Source: Octopus bimaculoides (Eukaryota). Taken from it: DNA of 64,000 nucleotides. Made by a program: the position numbers and the translations under genes. The notes under the pieces are model-generated. The model searched no databases, was not told where the DNA came from, and saw only the letters and a list, made by a program, of their open reading frames with translations. This document shows, in pieces, positions 60,340 to 64,000 of this stretch. Where the stretch lies: the NCBI RefSeq assembly GCF_001194135.2, contig NC_068993.1, positions 3,097,428-3,161,427 of the forward strand, given 5' to 3'. Each line of letters starts with the position of its first letter. The stretch's first letter is position 1.

Positions 60340-60780
60340 CCACGTGAAGACAAAAGATTGTTATTCTCAAATTTTCTTGTTGAGAAGGGTTTGCTTAGCC
60401 ATAAGTATAGCTAGGCGTTCTGATAGGCAGAGATCACAGCGGCTATTTTCGGTGTTGTAGGAGGTTGTTTTTGTGAGTTTACACCAGTTTAATCTAAAAT
60501 GTATTTTTTTATCCTTAAGTTCCCAAATGTATGAGCTTAGCCCCGTTGATTTGGCTTATTCCTATTTCTGAAGCTGGATAGATGCGTATTATATCTGAGA
60601 ATCATTTGGTTCTTAGTTGCAACGTCTGGTTGCTTGTGTGGATGTCACATTGGTAAACTGTTGTCTTACATCTATTTGAGAAATGGTACTTTGTTCTATC
60701 CCTACAGCCGCATAAATAATTAGGTGTATCTATGTCCGTGTTGTATTGTTGAGGGGCAATTATTATTCACTCTATAAAAG
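60340..60780 (-). pseudogene. Penelope-like element GIY-YIG endonuclease remnant
   Basis: Minus strand, across frameshifts: LCGCRDRTKYHFSNRCKT / YQCDIHT / RYNTHLSSFRNRNKPNQRGLSSYIWELKDKKIHFRLNWCKLTKTTSYNTENSRCDLCLSERLAILMAKQTLLNKK. This matches the Penelope C-terminal pattern RY..H.SSF...LS.YIW.LK...W...C.LCL.E...I...LLNK. Confidence 0.88.
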
Positions 60781-61074
60781 GATATATATATTTATGCACC
60801 TGGTTGTAATTGAATCAGGAGTCTACTTGTTAATCAGTGGTTAGTGGGTGTGTGTGTACTTTGCTTCATCTGCAATCAAGAGTAAGAAAATATACTTTAC
60901 TCTCATCAGTATTGAGGAGTATGAAAATCTGTTTTCATCATTAACCTGCAGTTTGCAAATTTACTGTTCATTAATCCCGAAGATTAACTATAACACAAAG
61001 GATAATATATAACATTATGTATAATATGAAGGTAGGTCATTTGGGGATTATTCCATTCATATCGGTGATTCTTT

Positions 61075-61305
61075 AATTATATCCTTGCCATATTTCAGTT
61101 GAAATATGTTACCATTGTATCAAAATGTATGAAAATATTGAAAAGTTTAGTAAAATAACTTTGTCAAAAATTAAGCTGGTTTTTGCACATAACCTGAAAT
61201 TTTTATGGAAATTTTAATTTTAGATCACTTTAAAACAGGAATTGTTCTTCATAAAACCATGGATTGTTGGTATCAGAAATGTTGCTATCAAAAGGGTTAT
61301 AACTT
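61075..61305. mobile_element. MITE family H, diverged
   Basis: The reverse complement (TTTTAAAGTGATCTAAA...AAATTTCAGGTTA...AAGTTATTTTACTAAA...GAAATATGGCAA) aligns with 19997-20207. Confidence 0.55.
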
Positions 61306-61998
61306 TGTGAAACATCTAAATTTTTGCATTTAGATCTAGCTGCATATTCAACTGCTCATGTCAAATTGATATCAGATTCTCTTATAGAATCATTCTCTTC
61401 TTGTCATCTCCATTTCCTAGGTTTTGCCTTTAAGGAATTTCATTTTAACTTTATGAAAGTATCTTCATATTTATCATATTTCAAAGTTATTAGCATGGCC
61501 TTTGCTCTTCGGGGCTGGCCACAACTTTTCTATTGACTGATTTCACTCACAATTTTTTTACTTCTCACTTCAGTCTGCATCTTTCTTGTCATCTCTTAGT
61601 TTCGCTCTTCATCTAACTTAATCAAACGATACAAAGACTTGCCCTTATATGCAACCAACAGTTCATATTCTACAAGTTACATGTATAGGTTGAAAACATT
61701 GGCCTTATCAGCTGGGTTTTCTTGCTGCTATGGAAAATAAAATATACGTATCTATCAACAAGAAAGAAGCAGATGAAGGTGTAAGTGGGAAGCTCAAATG
61801 AGTTGCTGTTGGTGTGAATTTATTTAAGGTGGACAACAGCTTGCCAGGCTGAAACCCACACACTATGCCTACAGGTCCATTTAATGCATATATACATGTA
61901 TGTATATATATATATATATATATATAAATATATATATGTGTATGTGTGTTTGTAAATATATATATGTCTGTGAATATATATGTGTAGATATATATATG

Positions 61999-62041
<43 letters not shown>

Positions 62042-62102
62042 TATTATTATTATTATCTTTATCTTATGGTATTTACTTTGTTTTATATTATACTCATTTA
62101 TT

Positions 62103-62112
62103 NNNNNNNNNN
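62103..62112. other. Assembly gap (10 N) with duplicated flanks
   Basis: About 63 bp left of the gap is repeated exactly right of it. Confidence 0.95.
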
Positions 62113-62627
62113 TATTATTATTATTATTATCTTTATCTTATGGTATTTACTTTGTTTTATATTATACTCATTTATTGTGCTTTTAATTATTAATTTTTCT
62201 ATATGTGATAGTGGATTTTCATCGATGAGTTCGCGAAACTTGGTTATTTTGCCTAAAACTATATATTTTATATATATTTTAATCTATAAAGCTCAGTTTA
62301 ATTTAAATTTTTTATAAATTGATTTTAAGTGAGTTTTTACCTGTAATTTTGGATTTTGTCCCTAATATTATCATATATGTATGTATATATATATATATGT
62401 GTGTGTGTAAATATATATATATATATATATATACATACATATAGATATATAGCTGTAGAGTCACAGGAGTCTATTGTAATTGCTGCCATATCTGCCAAAG
62501 TTTCCTCTGCTGCTTCCATATTGAAATGGGCGGAATATTGCTGCTTCCCATAGTCCTTGCACATTTCCTTCCAGTGTTCTGCTGCCATCACATTTGTCAT
62601 ACAAGAAATCTTAGGATCTAAACTTAC

Positions 62628-62711
62628 CATTTGTGTTTGTTTCCTATATTTAGTCTTTCTCTGCCAATTCCACCTTCCACTCTCAAGCCAGACCATCTTT
62701 CAAATATCCAA
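62628..62711 (-). CDS. Candidate 84-nt exon, minus strand (WIFERWSGLRVEGGIGRERLNIGNKHK), product unknown
   Basis: Acceptor TATTATTTTGAAG and donor G|GTAAGT; one frame is open, phase 2 at both ends. Confidence 0.2.
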
Positions 62712-63014
62712 CTTCAAAATAATATATTTATATCGTATATAATGTGTGTGTGAGTGGGTGCATGTGATTTTGTTTGAATGTGTGAGTATGTAGATAAATG
62801 TTGAACATATGTGTGTTTGTTTGTGTGTCTATGTATGGATACGTATTGGAAATATTCCAAATTCAAAGAATTCAACTAAATTTGAAGTAATTTTTTTGAG
62901 AAGAGTAACAAAGGAAGAATTCTTGACCAAATATAGTTGTCCAAAATTATGTGTATATCTGTATACACACATGCATGCATAAATTCATATATATGTCTGT
63001 GTGTAAATATATAT

Positions 63015-63065
<51 letters not shown>

Positions 63066-63339
63066 GCATATATATGTATATTGATATATAAATATCTATG
63101 CGCATACACACATACACACATATGTATATATATGTACATATATATATATGTGTATATACATATGTGTATACACATATATGTATATATACATGAGAATATT
63201 TTGGCTAGCAGCTTTATTAACACAAATATTTTTAATTAATCTTTTCATTAATTAGTGATTTTATTTCAGTTTCCATTACAATTTACATTTTCATATAAAA
63301 TTACTAATCAAGTGAAAGTTATATTGCATTATTTAATAT

Positions 63340-63560
63340 CATCAACAACATGAAGATGATAATGGTGTCGGAGAGAGAGGTGGCAGTGTTGTTGCCGTTG
63401 TTGTTGGTGGTGGTGGTGGTGGTGATGATTGTGTACTCGGTCATGGTATTGCTTTTATTGTTAGTGTTTTCATTGATGATGATGATAGTCATGATGATGG
63501 TTGTGGTGGTGATCATGATGGCGATGGTGATGATGATGTTGGTGATGAGGTTGATTATGG
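63340..63560. repeat. Degenerate (GAT/GGT/GTT)n tract
   Basis: Read directly. Confidence 0.85.
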
Positions 63561-63902
63561 CATACTTAGAGATGCAGCCACAAATTTTCGCCACATTACA
63601 TTTCCATTATATATTTTATTATGAAAGATGACAACAACAACAACAACAACAACAAATTTTTAAAAAATAAATAAAGAAATAAATGAAAATTGGATGAAAA
63701 TTAATTAATTTATAGAGAGCAAGAACTTTCAGTAAGATTTTTAACTTGAAGAAAGACGTTTAAAGTTTTAAATTACTTTTTAGTGTCTTCTGATGAAGTA
63801 GCAACTAATTTAGTAGTTATAGAATTTATGAAGCCTTGGTTGCTAAGACAACGTTCCTGTGTGATTAAAAAACAAAAATCAGGAGAAAATATTCTCTTCT
63901 AC

Positions 63903-64000
63903 TCTTGGCACAAGGCCAGAAATTTTGGGGGAAGGGACCAGTTGATTAGATCGATCCCAGTATACAACTGGTACTTAATTTATCAACTCCAAAAGGATGA
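63903..64000 (-). mobile_element. SINE family A 3' part, truncated by the window edge
   Basis: GGCACAAGGCCAGAAATTTT...CAACTGGTACTTAATTTATCAACTCCAAAAGGATGA parallels 1731-1830. Confidence 0.85.

Noticed and set aside
60878-60910. Minus-strand CUGAUGA followed by a GAGUAA/UUACUC hairpin, as a possible hammerhead
   Set aside because: No GAAA follows stem II and no stems I or III can be formed.

Overview
AT-rich eukaryotic non-coding DNA with 8 assembly gaps, saturated with microsatellites ((TA)n, (CA)n, (TAA)n, (GAT)n, (GATA)n, (GA)n) and old dispersed repeats. The repeat families look like those I recall from octopus genomes; this is inference from memory, not a database result. No intact, identifiable protein-coding gene is visible, and almost every ORF in the supplied track is a translation of simple repeats or N-runs. 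Firmly supported content is transposon debris: a deleted, frameshifted hAT (ZMYM1-like) transposase with one terminal inverted repeat (28047-29429); the zinc-knuckle plus restriction-like endonuclease end of an R4/Dong-like non-LTR retrotransposon (46430-46930, minus); two Penelope-like GIY-YIG endonuclease remnants (about 53060-53560 plus, about 60340-60780 minus); several tRNA-derived SINE families; (GAT)n-tailed retroposon ends; and piggyBac-type MITEs, two of which carry nested SINEs. Family letters A, B, C, E, G and H are my own labels. The most notable signals are a nearly intact hammerhead-ribozyme motif at 47282-47327 inside a 130-bp inverted pair of Penelope-like terminal repeats, two further variant or decayed hammerhead-like motifs (2405-2440, 45152-45180), a codon-phased 27-bp His/Cys repeat (32471-32670), a roughly 96%-identical 417-bp duplicate 19.5 kb apart, and several decayed or possible exon fragments I cannot name. 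I did not find convincing evidence of a new multi-gene system.
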